From an uncultured Acidimicrobiales bacterium (GTDB lineage: Bacteria > Actinomycetota > Acidimicrobiia > Acidimicrobiales > Ilumatobacteraceae), in the NCBI GenBank assembly GCA_963707925.1, contig CAVPRT010000008.1, positions 38,409 through 102,408 of the forward strand: DNA of 64,000 nt, given 5' to 3'. A program made the position numbers and the translations under genes. The notes under the pieces are model-generated. The model saw only the letters and a list, made by a program, of their open reading frames with translations. It was not told the DNA's origin and searched no databases. Positions 31,377 through 41,308 of the stretch are shown here, in pieces (within the stretch, counting starts at the first letter, position 1; the number at the start of each line of letters is the position of its first letter).

Positions 31377-31428
31377 ATTCTTGCCTGAATTTTCCCCACA
31401 GTCAACCACTTCGCCCCATAACGTCCCA
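31377..31428 (-). promoter_or_regulatory. Candidate mraZ (dcw) promoter with four phased MraZ-box direct repeats
   Basis: The minus strand reads TGGGA-cgtta-TGGGG-cgaag-TGGTT-gactg-TGGGG. The repeats start at 31428, 31418, 31408 and 31398, an exact 10-nt phasing. TTGACT (31405-31400), a 17-nt spacer and AAGAAT (31382-31377) form a sigma-70-like promoter. The repeats overlap its -35 element. Confidence 0.65.
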
Positions 31429-31459
31429 AACCATGGGCAGCGTGGCTCGACCGATCTCG

Positions 31460-32179
31460 TCAGCCGGCAGGGAGGTGGGCCGCCAGGGCGTCTCTCAGAG
31501 CACCGGCCGCCGCCGGCACGACCACCCCGACCAAGGGCGCCAGCTCGACGGCGGTGGGACGCGGGGCGGCGACGAGCGCGGCCACCAGCTCCGGGCGCCA
31601 GTTCAAATGGCACACGGTCTGCAGCCGTGTCCAATGGCGGGTTCGACGCTGGGAGATGCCGACCAACTTGGCCGCTTCACCGGTGGCCACCACCTCGCCG
31701 GTGCCTAGTCCGGCGAAGCACACCTGCGCCGACCAGGGTGACGTGATCATCCCCCCTGAGTGGACGGAGCCGGATACCCCGAGCTCGCCGAGCCCTGCCC
31801 TCCACAACTCGCCTGCCCAGATCATCGCCCGGCCGACGTCGGCGCACCACAGGGGATCACCGTCGGGGATCACCAGGTCGAGCCACACGAACTCGTCTGG
31901 CATCAGGAGCACCCCTCCCCCTCCGCTGCGCCGCCTGACCACCTCGACCCCCAGGGCATCGGCCACCCGGCGGTCGACCGAGGCCTCGGGTTGGGCCGAC
32001 CCGATGACCAGGGTGGGGTGATCGACGGTGTGAAAGGTGGCCGACCGTCGGGCTTCGGGGTCGCGCTGATGGAAGGCCCCGGCGTTGCCATGGGACTCAC
32101 CCACCACCCAGGTGTCGCCTCCCATCACGATCGCCAGCGGGGGTTCAGCTGGCGATCGCCAGAAAGGGCTTCCACTCAT
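31460..32179 (-). CDS. Biotin/lipoate A/B protein ligase family protein (LplA-like); start uncertain
   Basis: ...TLVIGSAQ...VEVVRRRSGGGGVLLMPDEFVWLDLVIP... resembles the BPL/LPL catalytic domain (RR.SGGG..h). The ORF-track start at 32230 would overlap the HNH gene by 86 nt. Internal starts at 32179 or 32125 are more plausible. Confidence 0.55.
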   Translation of the reverse strand: MSGSPFWRSPAEPPLAIVMGGDTWVVGESHGNAGAFHQRDPEARRSATFHTVDHPTLVIGSAQPEASVDRRVADALGVEVVRRRSGGGGVLLMPDEFVWLDLVIPDGDPLWCADVGRAMIWAGELWRAGLGELGVSGSVHSGGMITSPWSAQVCFAGLGTGEVVATGEAAKLVGISQRRTRHWTRLQTVCHLNWRPELVAALVAAPRPTAVELAPLVGVVVPAAAGALRDALAAHLPAG

Positions 32180-32643
32180 CGGGCACACGGGCCACGGCGA
32201 CGGTGATCCACGACTGGTCTTTGGGGACACGCGGTGGGCGGAACAGGTTCATGCCGGCCTCCGTAGGAGTTCGGTCGCGCTTGCGCATATTGCACGGTCG
32301 ACAAGCCGCGGCGACGTTCTCCCAGGAGTGCTGGCCACCCCTTCGAGCGCGGCACGACATGGTCTATCGAGTCGGCGAAACCGCCGCAGTACTGGCACCG
32401 GGCATCGTCGCGAGCGAAGATCGCCCGACGCGACATCGAGGTGCGACGATGGAAGGGCACCTTCACCAGATAGCGCAGGCGAACCACCGAGGGGCTCGGC
32501 AGCACCAGCCGCGCCGAATGAAGCTCGCTGCCGTCATCGGCAACGAGATCGGCCTTGTCGGCAAGTACGAGGCAGGCGGCTCGACGAGCGGGCACGACGC
32601 TGAGGGGCTCATAGGTTGCGTTCAACACCAGAGCGGCCCTCAT
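32145..32643 (-). CDS. HNH endonuclease (conserved actinobacterial McrA-like small HNH protein); 1 frameshift as sequenced
   Basis: MRAALVLNATYEPLSVV...RDDARCQYCGGFADSIDHVVPRSKG breaks near 32335-32345. It continues GQHSWENVAAACRPCNMRKRDRTP, completing the CxxC...H...N...CxxC HNH ββα-metal fold. Confidence 0.8.
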
Positions 32644-32727
32644 TGTCGTGACCCTACCGACGAAGCCCGGGGCGTTGGGGCAGGATTTCGGGTCGGGGCG
32701 CAACCGCGTGTGGATGAAGCGGAGGGT

Positions 32728-32967
32728 TCAACCCACCCGGTCCTGGAGCTTGCACCACGCCAAGTAGTTGAGCACATCGGGAGGCTCGGCGCGATGATCG
32801 GCGGCACCGTACTGGGTGACGAGTCGGAAGCGCACGTAGTCGCCGCTGGGGATGGGAAGAAATGGCCTCCTTCGCCACCACCCCGCTGGCGTGGTGCGAC
32901 GCCACTGGCGCAGAGCCGTGAACCACAGCGCCGGCCGCCTGGCCAGAGCCACCACGACGCGGGCCAT
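32728..32967 (-). CDS. Small Trp/Arg-rich hypothetical protein (79 aa)
   Basis: MARVVVALARRPALWFTALRQWRRTTPAGWWRRRPFLPIPSGDYVRFRLVTQYG.... It starts 11 nt after the acyl-CoA dehydrogenase stop. I assign no function. Confidence 0.45.
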   Translation of the reverse strand: MARVVVALARRPALWFTALRQWRRTTPAGWWRRRPFLPIPSGDYVRFRLVTQYGAADHRAEPPDVLNYLAWCKLQDRVG

Positions 32968-32978
32968 AACCACCGGCT

Positions 32979-34200
32979 TCACTTGGCCACTGGCTCCTTG
33001 GGCAGCCCGAGAACCATCTCGCCGACGATGTTGCGCTGCACCTGGGAGGAACCGGCGTAGATCGTGCCGGCCCGGGCGTTGAGGAAGGTTCCCACCCAGC
33101 TCCAGCTGCTGTTCGGTGCGCCCGCATCGTCGGTCTGGAAGCTCGACGAGGGCTTGCGTCCGGTGGGCACCAGCGCCTCTGGGCCGAGGATGTCGACCGC
33201 GAGTTCGGTGATCTCCTTGTGGTACTCGCTCCAGTAGAGCTTGCTGATCGCAGCATCGGGGCCGGGGTGGTGACCGGCGAGGTACTTGGTGAGAACCCTC
33301 ATCCCGTTGAAGCGCATGATCTGCACCTTCGAGTAGCACCGGGCCAGTCGCTGACGGATCACGGGATCATCGGCCCGGCCGTACTCTTTGGCGAGCTGGA
33401 GGAGGCGCTCGATCTCGGCCTGGTAATTGATCGGACCGGTTGCCGCGGCCTCGCCCCTCTCGTACCCGAGAAGGGTCATGGCAACGGCCCAGCCGTTGTT
33501 GACCCCGCCGATGACCTCACCCTTGGGCGTGGTGGCATCGGTGTAGAAGACCTCGTTGAACTCGCTCTCACCGGAGATCATCTTGATCGGGCGCACTTCG
33601 ATACCCGGCTGACGCATGTCGACGAGCAGGAAGCTGATGCCCTTGTGGCGGGGGGCATCGGGATCGGTGCGGGCGAGGGTGAAGATGTGGTCGGCGAGGT
33701 GGCCGGCCGATGTCCAGATCTTCTGGCCGTTGAGGATCCACTGGTCGCCGTCGAGCTGTGCCTTGAGACCGAGGTTGGCCAGGTCGCTGCCCGCGTTGGG
33801 CTCGCTGTAGCCCTGGCACCACACGTCTTCGCCGGAGAGGATCCGGGGCAGGTAATGGGCCTTCTGCTCGGGCGGTTCCCCACTGGAGGAGGGTGTTGCC
33901 CAGCATCTGGATGCCGAAGACGTCGTTGGGGCCACCCGTGGGCACCCCGGCGCGGGCGAACTCTTCTCCGATGATCACCCGCTCCAGCGACGACAGCCCG
34001 CCGCCGCCGTACTCGACGGGCCAGCCGGGCGCGAGATAGCCGGCAGCGAAAAGGGTTTTGCGCCACTCGGTGACGAAGTCGAACAGCTCCTGCCCGTCCA
34101 GCTTTCCCGTGCCACCCCAATTGGGCGGCAGTTTCTCGGCGAGGAAGGCCCTGACCTTCTCGCGGTAGGCCTCGGCTTCGGGGGTGTATTCGGGACGCAT
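32979..34200 (-). CDS. Acyl-CoA dehydrogenase family protein; 1 frameshift as sequenced
   Basis: The N-terminus is MRPEYTPEAEAYREKVRAFL...GWPVEYGGGGLS...LLQWGT. The frame breaks near 33865-33880 and continues EEQKAHYLPRILSGEDVWCQGYSEPNAGSDLANL...GQKIWTSAGHLADHIF...GSSQVQRNIVGE. Confidence 0.85.
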
Positions 34201-34261
34201 GAGGCGATGTTACTCCCCGGTAGCTACAGGTTCATTGCCCGACGAGTCGCATATACCGCCT

Positions 34262-35123
34262 TCACGGAAAGTCACCCTGGGCGCGACGGGCGAGGGCGGC
34301 AGCGCCCACGAGGGGGGCTAGTTGGCCGAGGCCGACGGGCACGACTCGGAAACCGCTGATGAAGCTGAGCCGGGCGCGCTGGTCCAGTTCGCTCTGAACG
34401 GCACCGAAGAAGGGTTCGCCGAAACCCAGGGCTACCGATCCACCGATCACGGCCAGCTTGAGATCGCAGATCGCACCCAACGGAAGCGAGGGCCCGACCG
34501 ACCAGCAGACCGGTGCGTTCGACGATTGCCTGAGGGGCCCTCTGGGGTGGCCGGCCGGTGTCGGCCTCGATCGCTGCACCGCTGCAGTAGGCCTCGAGAC
34601 AGCCCTTGCCGCCGCACTCGCAGTCGCGCCCATCGGGTTCGACGACCATGTGGCCGATGTGGCCGGCATTGCCCAGCCTGCCCTCCAGAAGGCGGCCGCC
34701 GCTGACGATTCCACCACCGACTCCGGCGCCCATGACCATCGCGACGAAGTCGCGCTCCCCCACCGCAGCTCCGCACCACGCCTCGCCGAGCGCGACTGCC
34801 TTGGCGTTGTTGTCCACCACCGTGGGCAGACCGGTGAGTGCTTCCATCTCTGCGGCGAGAGGGAAGTCGCGCAGGCTCGCGATGTGCAGTGGCGAGACCG
34901 TACCCGTGGTCGGATTCATCGGCCCGCCGCACCCCACCCCACAGCCGCGGGGAACGGTGGGGGCTGCAGCCATCACCCTCCGGGCGAGCCGTGCCAGCGC
35001 GGGCCACACGTCGCGAGGTGGCGTGGACAGGCGATCGCGCACCAGGACCTCGCCTTTCTCGCCCACGATGGCGGCGCCCAGCTTGGTGCCGCCGACATCG
35101 ATGGCGAGATAGCAGTCGGTCAC
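34262..35123 (-). CDS. ROK-family sugar kinase (glucokinase-like); 1 frameshift as sequenced
   Basis: GTG start at 35121-35123. The ATP-binding motif is LAIDVGGTKLGAA, and the ROK signature/zinc motif is GNAGHIGHMVVEPDGRDCECGGKGCLEAY. The frame breaks near 34475-34490 and continues ICDLKLAVIGGSVALGFGE. Confidence 0.85.
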
Positions 35124-35157
35124 TTGATCGACGGTAGCGGCCGATTCAGGTCGCGCG

Positions 35158-36228
35158 GTGTCGGGGTTACAGGGCGGTGAGCGCTCAGCTGAACCCGACC
35201 GCGAGGCCGATAGCAGAGCGTCTACCCTGGCACCCGTGAAGGCCGCCCCAAGCTCACCCGCGCCCTCGTCCGCAGCGCGGCGGCCATCGCCCACCTTCGC
35301 CCAATTGTTCGAGGCGATCACCGGAAACGTGGCATCGGTGGTGCACGGCAAGCGCGATGCCATCGACCTCGCCGTAATCTGCCTGCTCGCCGAGGGACAC
35401 CTCCTGATCGAGGATGTGCCCGGTGTGGGCAAAACCAGCCTCGCCAAAGCCCTCGCCGCCTCGATCGAGTGCTCGTGGAAGAGGGTCCAGTTCACCCCCG
35501 ATCTGCTGCCCGCCGACCTGGTCGGTGTCAGCGTGTTCCAGAGGGCAACGGAGACGTTCGTCTTCCAGCCCGGCCCTCTGTTCGCCAACATCGTCCTCGC
35601 CGACGAGATCAACCGCGCCTCGCCGAAGACCCAGTCGGCCCTGCTCGAGGCAATGGAAGAGCGCCAGGTCAGCGCCGACGGAGTCAGCCACCGCCTCCCA
35701 ATGCCGTTCATGGTCGCCGCAACCCAGAACCCGATCGAGCAGGAAGGCACCTATCGCCTTCCCGAGAGCCAGCTCGACCGGTTCCTGATGAGGTTGTCGC
35801 TCGGCTATCCGGGCCGCCAGGCGGAGTTGGCGATCCTCGACGCCAACGGGTCTGCCGATGCGCTCGCCCGCCTCGAGCCCGTCGTCAGCGGCGACGAGGT
35901 GGTGGCCATGTGTCATTCGGTGAGGACGGTGCACCTGGCCGAGGTGTTGAAGTCCTATCTCGTCGACCTCGCCGAGACCAGCCGCAGCCATCCGGGACTC
36001 GTGATCGGACTCTCGCCGCGCGCCACCCTGCAACTCGCCCGCGCCACCCGCGCCCATGCAGCGGCGCGCGGGCGCGACTACGCCACACCCGACGACGTCA
36101 AGGCCGTGGCCGTGCCGGTGCTCTCCCATCGCGTCGTGCTCCGCCCCGACGCCGCCGCCCGCGGCCTCACCGGCGCCCACCTGGTGCAGGAGCTGCTCGC
36201 CTCGGTACCGGTTCCGGCAGGTCGCTGA
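35158..36228 (+). CDS. MoxR-like AAA+ ATPase
   Basis: Walker A is EDVPGVGKTSLAKALA and Walker B/sensor is LADEINRASPKTQSALLEAMEE. The tail is typical of MoxR (RATLQLARATRAHAAARGRDYATPDDVKAV). An alternative GTG start at 35236 is at least as plausible as 35158. Confidence 0.9.
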   Translation: MSGLQGGERSAEPDREADSRASTLAPVKAAPSSPAPSSAARRPSPTFAQLFEAITGNVASVVHGKRDAIDLAVICLLAEGHLLIEDVPGVGKTSLAKALAASIECSWKRVQFTPDLLPADLVGVSVFQRATETFVFQPGPLFANIVLADEINRASPKTQSALLEAMEERQVSADGVSHRLPMPFMVAATQNPIEQEGTYRLPESQLDRFLMRLSLGYPGRQAELAILDANGSADALARLEPVVSGDEVVAMCHSVRTVHLAEVLKSYLVDLAETSRSHPGLVIGLSPRATLQLARATRAHAAARGRDYATPDDVKAVAVPVLSHRVVLRPDAAARGLTGAHLVQELLASVPVPAGR

Positions 36229-37371
36229 TGCTCACCCGCCAAGGGTGGGCGACCCTCGTCGCGGCGGCTGCCTCGTTCGTGGTGGGGCGCCTCCTCGGTG
36301 TGATCGAGCTCTACGTCGTCGGATCGGCACTGGTGGCGCTCATCGCCCTGGCCCTCATCGCTGTCAACCGCCCCCTGCCCGAGCTGAAAGTCGGCCGGGT
36401 GGCGCGTCCGTCAACGGTGGCGGTGGGTGAACGGTCGAGGGTCGACATCGAGGTGCAGAACTGTTCCCGCCGGCGCTCACCCCGGTTGGGGCTTTGGGAG
36501 CCGGTCGGCGACAAGGGCGGAGCTGAGATGCAGCTGGCACCACTCGCCGGCGGTGATTCGGTGACAGCTGCGTACCGGGTACCCACGATGAGACGCGGGC
36601 GGGTGGGCATCGGCCCAGCACGGTTGCAGCGCAGTGACCTGCTCGGCCTCTGTAGGCGCACCATCCGCATCGGAGGATCCGACGAAGTGCTGGTGGTGCC
36701 CGAGCGAGTGCCCCTTGCATTTCCCGGGCTGGCGAGCACCGGCCGGCTCGGCGAGCACATCCGGATGAGAGCGATGGGGCGCACCGGGTTTGAGTTCCAC
36801 TCCCAACGCGAGTACGTACCCGGCGACGACCTGCGTCGGATCAACTGGAAGACCTCGGCGCGGGTCGGGGACCTGATCGTGAGGGAGACCGCTCCCGAAG
36901 GGGTCCATCGCTGCCTGGTCGTGCTCGACACGGATCCCCGGCGCTACGACCACGACGGGTTCGAGAGGGCAGTGAGCGCGGCGGCCAGCGTCGTCACCGG
37001 CGCAGTGGCCGCCGGGGCCATCACCCGCCTTGTCGCGCCCGGGCTCGACCTCCGTGGTCACGATGTGGCCCACGAGACCCTGCGCCGGCTGGCCACTGTG
37101 TTGCCGAGCAGCGGGGGTCTCGACCACGCTCTCGCCGGCGGCGCCCATGCTGACGGCCTCGGACTCGTGGTGGTCGTCACGTCCACCGTCGCGTCCCGTG
37201 CCGCGGCCGAGACGTCGGCGCCTGGCCGGGCCCGACGAGGTGATGGTGCTCATCACCACCATGGCTCCCTCACGTGGCGGCACCCGCTTCGTAGCGGGCG
37301 CGACCTCGCTGGTCGATCTGGAAGAGGAGTGGAACAGGCTGGTCAGCGGCCAGGCTGGACCCTCGGCGTGA
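36228..37371 (+). CDS. DUF58 (vWA-like) protein partner of MoxR; 1 frameshift as sequenced
   Basis: The ATG overlaps the MoxR TGA (ATGA-type junction at 36226-36230). There are two N-terminal TM helices and the DUF58 hallmark REYVPGDDLRRINWKTSAR. The frame breaks near 37205-37225, and the C-terminus ...DEVMVLITT...EEEWNRLV ends at 37369-37371. Confidence 0.8.
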
Positions 37372-39615
37372 ACATGCGCCCGGCCGCCGCGGCAGGCAGA
37401 GCCGTGAGCCTTCCCGCGACCCTTGCTCTCACCGCCCTCACCGCCGTCACCGCTGTTGGCCTCCGCAGTGTGTTCACCGACTGGGCCTACCTGGCCCCGA
37501 TGCTGATCGTCGGTGTCGGCCTCCACCTGATCGCCGCCTTGCTCAGGCTGCTCAAGGCGCCCCTGTGGGCTGCCCTGCCGGTGATGACGCTCACGGCGCT
37601 GGAGCTGCTGGCCGTCGCCTACTACCCGGGCTCCCTCGGTGGGCCCTTCGCCACGAGGCACACCCTCGAACTGCTCGGCGACGACTTGGCGTTCGTGCTC
37701 GACCAGTTCGCCACAACCGTCGCCCCGGTGCCGAGCGGCGAAGGCTTCGCCCCCATTACGGCGGCCACCCTTGGTCTTTGTGTCGTCCTCGCCGACACAT
37801 TCGCGTTCCGAGCGCTCGGTCGGGTGGAGTCGGTGATTCCCACGGGAGCGCTGTTCATCTTCACCGCCGCCCTCGACAACGACCGGCACAGGATTGTTGC
37901 TGCTGCGGCTTGGATCGCTTTCGCCCTGCTCGCCGTGGTGTTGCTGCGCTTCGCCGCCGAAGGCGCCGAAGCCACCTGGATGGGGGCGCGACGCCTGAGT
38001 CTCGTGGCCGCCCTGCCTGCCATCGCCCTCACCGTCGGGATCAGCACGGTGGCCGCCTCGACACTGTCTCCCCATCTGCCCGGAGCCGGCGAGGAGCCCC
38101 TCCTCGACACCCGCAATGGCAAGAGCTCGGTCACCGAGGTGCTCAGCCCTCTGGTCGACATCCGCGCCCAATTGGTGGATCATGGCGACACAGAGTTGTT
38201 CACCGTCGCCTCCTCGGCCGGCGGCCACTACTGGCGGGTGATCGGGCTGCCCGAGTTCGACGGTGCTCAATGGACCCCTCCCGACGAGGACCTGGAGAAG
38301 ATGGGGAGCCGGGTCGCCGAGGTCGTCGTCGCCGGTGAGGAGGTCGTGCAGCACCTGGTCATCGGCTCGTTGGGTGGCCCCCTGGTACCGGCGGCCTACC
38401 ACCCCACCCAGGTGTCGACCGACGACGTGCTGTGGGCCGAGGACTCCGACAGCCTGGTGCTATCGGGACGCGAACTGAGCGAGGGCGACGAGATCGACAT
38501 CGTCTCGTTCGTACCCAACCCCACAACTGATCTGCTGCGCTCAGCCACTACCAGCAACCCACCGTCGCCGATCTATCTCCAGCTCCCCGAAGGGATGCCT
38601 GAGACGGTCGGCAATATCGCGGCCGAGGTCACCGTGGGGGCCGCCTCCCCCTTCGATCAGGCTCTGGCCCTGCAGGGCTGGTTCCGTGACGAATTCACCT
38701 ACGACATCGACATTCGACTCGACAACAGCGCTGACGCGATCGAGGCCTTCCTCAATGAGCGAAGGGGGTTCTGTCAGCAGTTCGCCGGCACCTTCGCGGT
38801 GATGGCGCGCACCTTGAACCTGCCGGCGCGAGTCGCGGTCGGCTTCACCCCCGGCGATCTGGGCAGCGACGGCCTCTACCACGTCTACGGTCGCCACGCC
38901 CACGCCTGGCCCGAGGTGTGGTTCGACGGAGTCGGCTGGGTCGCCTTCGAACCCACACCGGGACGCGGCAGCAGTGACAGCCAGCCCTACAACGGGGTAG
39001 AGCCGGGCCAGGACGACACCGGAGACCCCGGGCGACACCACAACTTCTCCCACCACGGACACGGTGGTCATCGACGAAGGAGTGGACACCCCCACCACCG
39101 TCGCCGGCGCGGATGATCCCTCCACCACCCCCACCTCCCTACCCGAGCCATCGGCGGGCGGGGGCAGAACGGATGGCCAGTGGCGCCTTGCTCCTGGTGC
39201 TGGTGGCCATTGCGGCACTGGTACTGGGGTGGGTCGACGGCAATTCCCCGATTTGTTGCCACGCTGGCCCGGCGCCGACTCGAAGGAGCCGCCGACAGGG
39301 TGATTGCGGCGTGGCACGGGGCGTGCAACGCGGCTCCAGCTCGCCGGCGCACCACCCGTGGCCGGCTTCACCCCCCTCGAGTACTCAACAATCGCCGAGA
39401 AGGCCACCGGGGTAGATCGTTCGGTCATCGGCGAGTTGGCCGACAAGGTGACCGACGTGGTCTACGGCAACACGCCGATCGATCACGCGGTCGCTGCAAG
39501 GTGCGAACTGCTGAGTACCGACGTGGCCGAGATGTGCCACCAACACATGCCCATGGCCACCCGGGTGAGGCTGGTGGTGGACCCCCGCCTGATGAGGCGC
39601 GTGATCGCCGGCTGA
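37368..39615 (+). CDS. Transglutaminase-domain membrane protein (TgpA-like: multi-TM N-terminus, TGase core, DUF4129-like C-terminus); about 4 frameshifts near the 3' end
   Basis: A GTG at 37368 (overlapping the DUF58 stop) or the ATG at 37374 is the start. About 6 TM helices precede the TGase catalytic core GFCQQFAGTFAVMARTLNLPARVAVGF...HAWPEVWFDGVGWVAFEPT. The Thr/Pro linker, TM helix (LLLVLVAIAALVLGWV) and tail (RRRLEGAADRVIAAWHG...FTPLEYSTIAEKATGV) need frame changes near 39032, 39175, 39242 and 39330. Confidence 0.8.
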
Positions 39616-39623
39616 CGACGAGG

Positions 39624-39959
39624 TCAGTCAGGGGCGGGTGACCGCGGGGGTGGGCCGAAGCGGCCACGTACTGACTCGGACAGATGACTGAGGCCGGCCT
39701 CGCCGAGGCTGCGGGCGTGGTACTCGGCGAGCAGGGCCGAGGCGACGGCGGCGATGAATGCCACGAAGGAGAGCAAGGGGCTGACCGACAGGAGGGCCAC
39801 TGTGAGCACGAGGAAGAGGATGGCACCGGCGCCCGACAACAGAAGCACCCGGCGATTGCCCCTACGGGCGTGAGTCATGTCGCGGCCGAAACCAGGGTCG
39901 CGCTGGAGCTGCTCTTCGATCTGGCGGAGGATCCTCTGTTCGTTTTCCGAGAGCGGCAT
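39624..39959 (-). CDS. DUF3040 membrane protein
   Basis: MPLSENEQRILRQIEEQLQRDP followed by two TM helices is the DUF3040 signature. I prefer the internal ATG at 39959 over the ORF-track start. Confidence 0.75.
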   Translation of the reverse strand: MPLSENEQRILRQIEEQLQRDPGFGRDMTHARRGNRRVLLLSGAGAILFLVLTVALLSVSPLLSFVAFIAAVASALLAEYHARSLGEAGLSHLSESVRGRFGPPPRSPAPD

Positions 39960-40036
39960 GGCGTGCTCCTCAGCGTGGCCTGGGCGCATCATCGCAGAAT
40001 TCGGTGCCGGTAACAACGCGCGCCCGGACTCGAGCC

Positions 40037-41308
40037 TCATTGAGGATCATGGTCGGGACCCCACTGCTGAGCCCCCTTGCGCACCAGCCTCAGGCCATCC
40101 TTGCTCACCGCGCTCGCTGGGCCGATGGCCATGCTGCCGAACCGCGACCGGATGGCATCGACCGTCTCCTCCGTCGCCTGCCAATCCCTCTCGCCGGCGG
40201 GTGCCTCCACCAGCAGTTCGTCGAGGGAGAGTTGTTCGCTGGGGGCACCGAAGTTGGTGGCGTTGACGCCCAGCAGCCTCACCCCCGGGCCGGGGTCGAT
40301 GTCCGCCAGCAGAGGCGCCAGCGCGACCACGATGCCGTGAGCGGTGTCGATCGGACCGGGAAGGGTGGTGGCCCGGGTGATGGTGTGAAATCCGGCGAAG
40401 CGCACCTTCAGCGACAGGGTGCGGGCGCCTGCGCCATGGGCCCGGAGGCGGGTGGCGACACCATCGGCCAGGCGTACGAGCTCGCGGTGCAGTTCGTCGT
40501 GGGTGTGGATGTCCGTGGCGAAGGTCTCCTCGTGGCTGAGCGACTTCATCGCCCTGTCGACCTCGACCGGGCGGTCGTCGAGCGCCCATGCCAGGCGGTG
40601 CAGGTGTCGGCCGTGGGCCTTGCCGACACAGGCCACGATTGCCGCCTCGTCGAGTAGGGCGAGGTCGCCGATGGTGCTCACTCCCAATCGGGCAAGACGC
40701 TCCAACGTGGCCGGACCGACACCCCACAGGGCCGTTACGGGCAAGGGGTGCAGGAAGGCCAACTCCTCACCGGGGCGAACCTCGACCACCCCCTTGCCCT
40801 CGCGGACCCCCTCTGCCGTGGCCTTCGGTTTGGCCGCCTCCGACGCCAGCTTGGCGAGGAACTTGCTGGGTGCGACACCCACGCTGCAGCCCAGTTCGAG
40901 TTGGCGGAACACTTCGTCGCGAAGGTGTTGGGCGATCTGGGTCGCCTCACCCAAGAGTCTCAGGGCACCGGTGACATCGAGGAAGGCTTCGTCGAGGGAG
41001 AGAGGTTCGATGAACGGGGTGACCGAGCGGAAGATCTCGTGCACCTCGGAGCTCACCTGGGCGTAGAGGGCATGATCGCCGGGCAGGAAGACCGCCTGGG
41101 GGCAGATTCGTCGGGCGGTGCTGCCGGGCATCGCCGAATGGACCCCATACCTTCGTGCCTCATAAGACGCAGCGGCGACAACGCCTCGCGAACCGGTGCC
41201 ACCCACCACCACCGGTTTGCCCCTCAATTCTGGGTGCCGGCGAAGTTCGACGCTCACGAAGTAGGCATCCATGTCGACGTGGAGGATCGTGCGCTGCCCC
41301 CCATTCAT
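40037..41308 (-). CDS. dinB: DNA polymerase IV (Y-family, DinB)
   Basis: Intact. ILHVDMDAYFVSVE, YGVHSAMP and SLDEAFLDVTG are catalytic motifs. The ATG at 41308 overlaps the NUDIX gene stop (ATGA). Confidence 0.9.
   Translation of the reverse strand: MNGGQRTILHVDMDAYFVSVELRRHPELRGKPVVVGGTGSRGVVAAASYEARRYGVHSAMPGSTARRICPQAVFLPGDHALYAQVSSEVHEIFRSVTPFIEPLSLDEAFLDVTGALRLLGEATQIAQHLRDEVFRQLELGCSVGVAPSKFLAKLASEAAKPKATAEGVREGKGVVEVRPGEELAFLHPLPVTALWGVGPATLERLARLGVSTIGDLALLDEAAIVACVGKAHGRHLHRLAWALDDRPVEVDRAMKSLSHEETFATDIHTHDELHRELVRLADGVATRLRAHGAGARTLSLKVRFAGFHTITRATTLPGPIDTAHGIVVALAPLLADIDPGPGVRLLGVNATNFGAPSEQLSLDELLVEAPAGERDWQATEETVDAIRSRFGSMAIGPASAVSKDGLRLVRKGAQQWGPDHDPQ

Noticed and set aside
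35469-39116. A single 1215-aa plus-strand ORF that looks like a giant protein.
   Set aside because: It is a concatenation of three parts: an out-of-frame read through the MoxR gene (Arg/Pro-rich nonsense), the DUF58 gene, and the transglutaminase gene. They are joined only because high GC content and frameshifts remove stops. The real gene boundaries are marked by ATGA and GTGA overlaps at 36228 and 37368.
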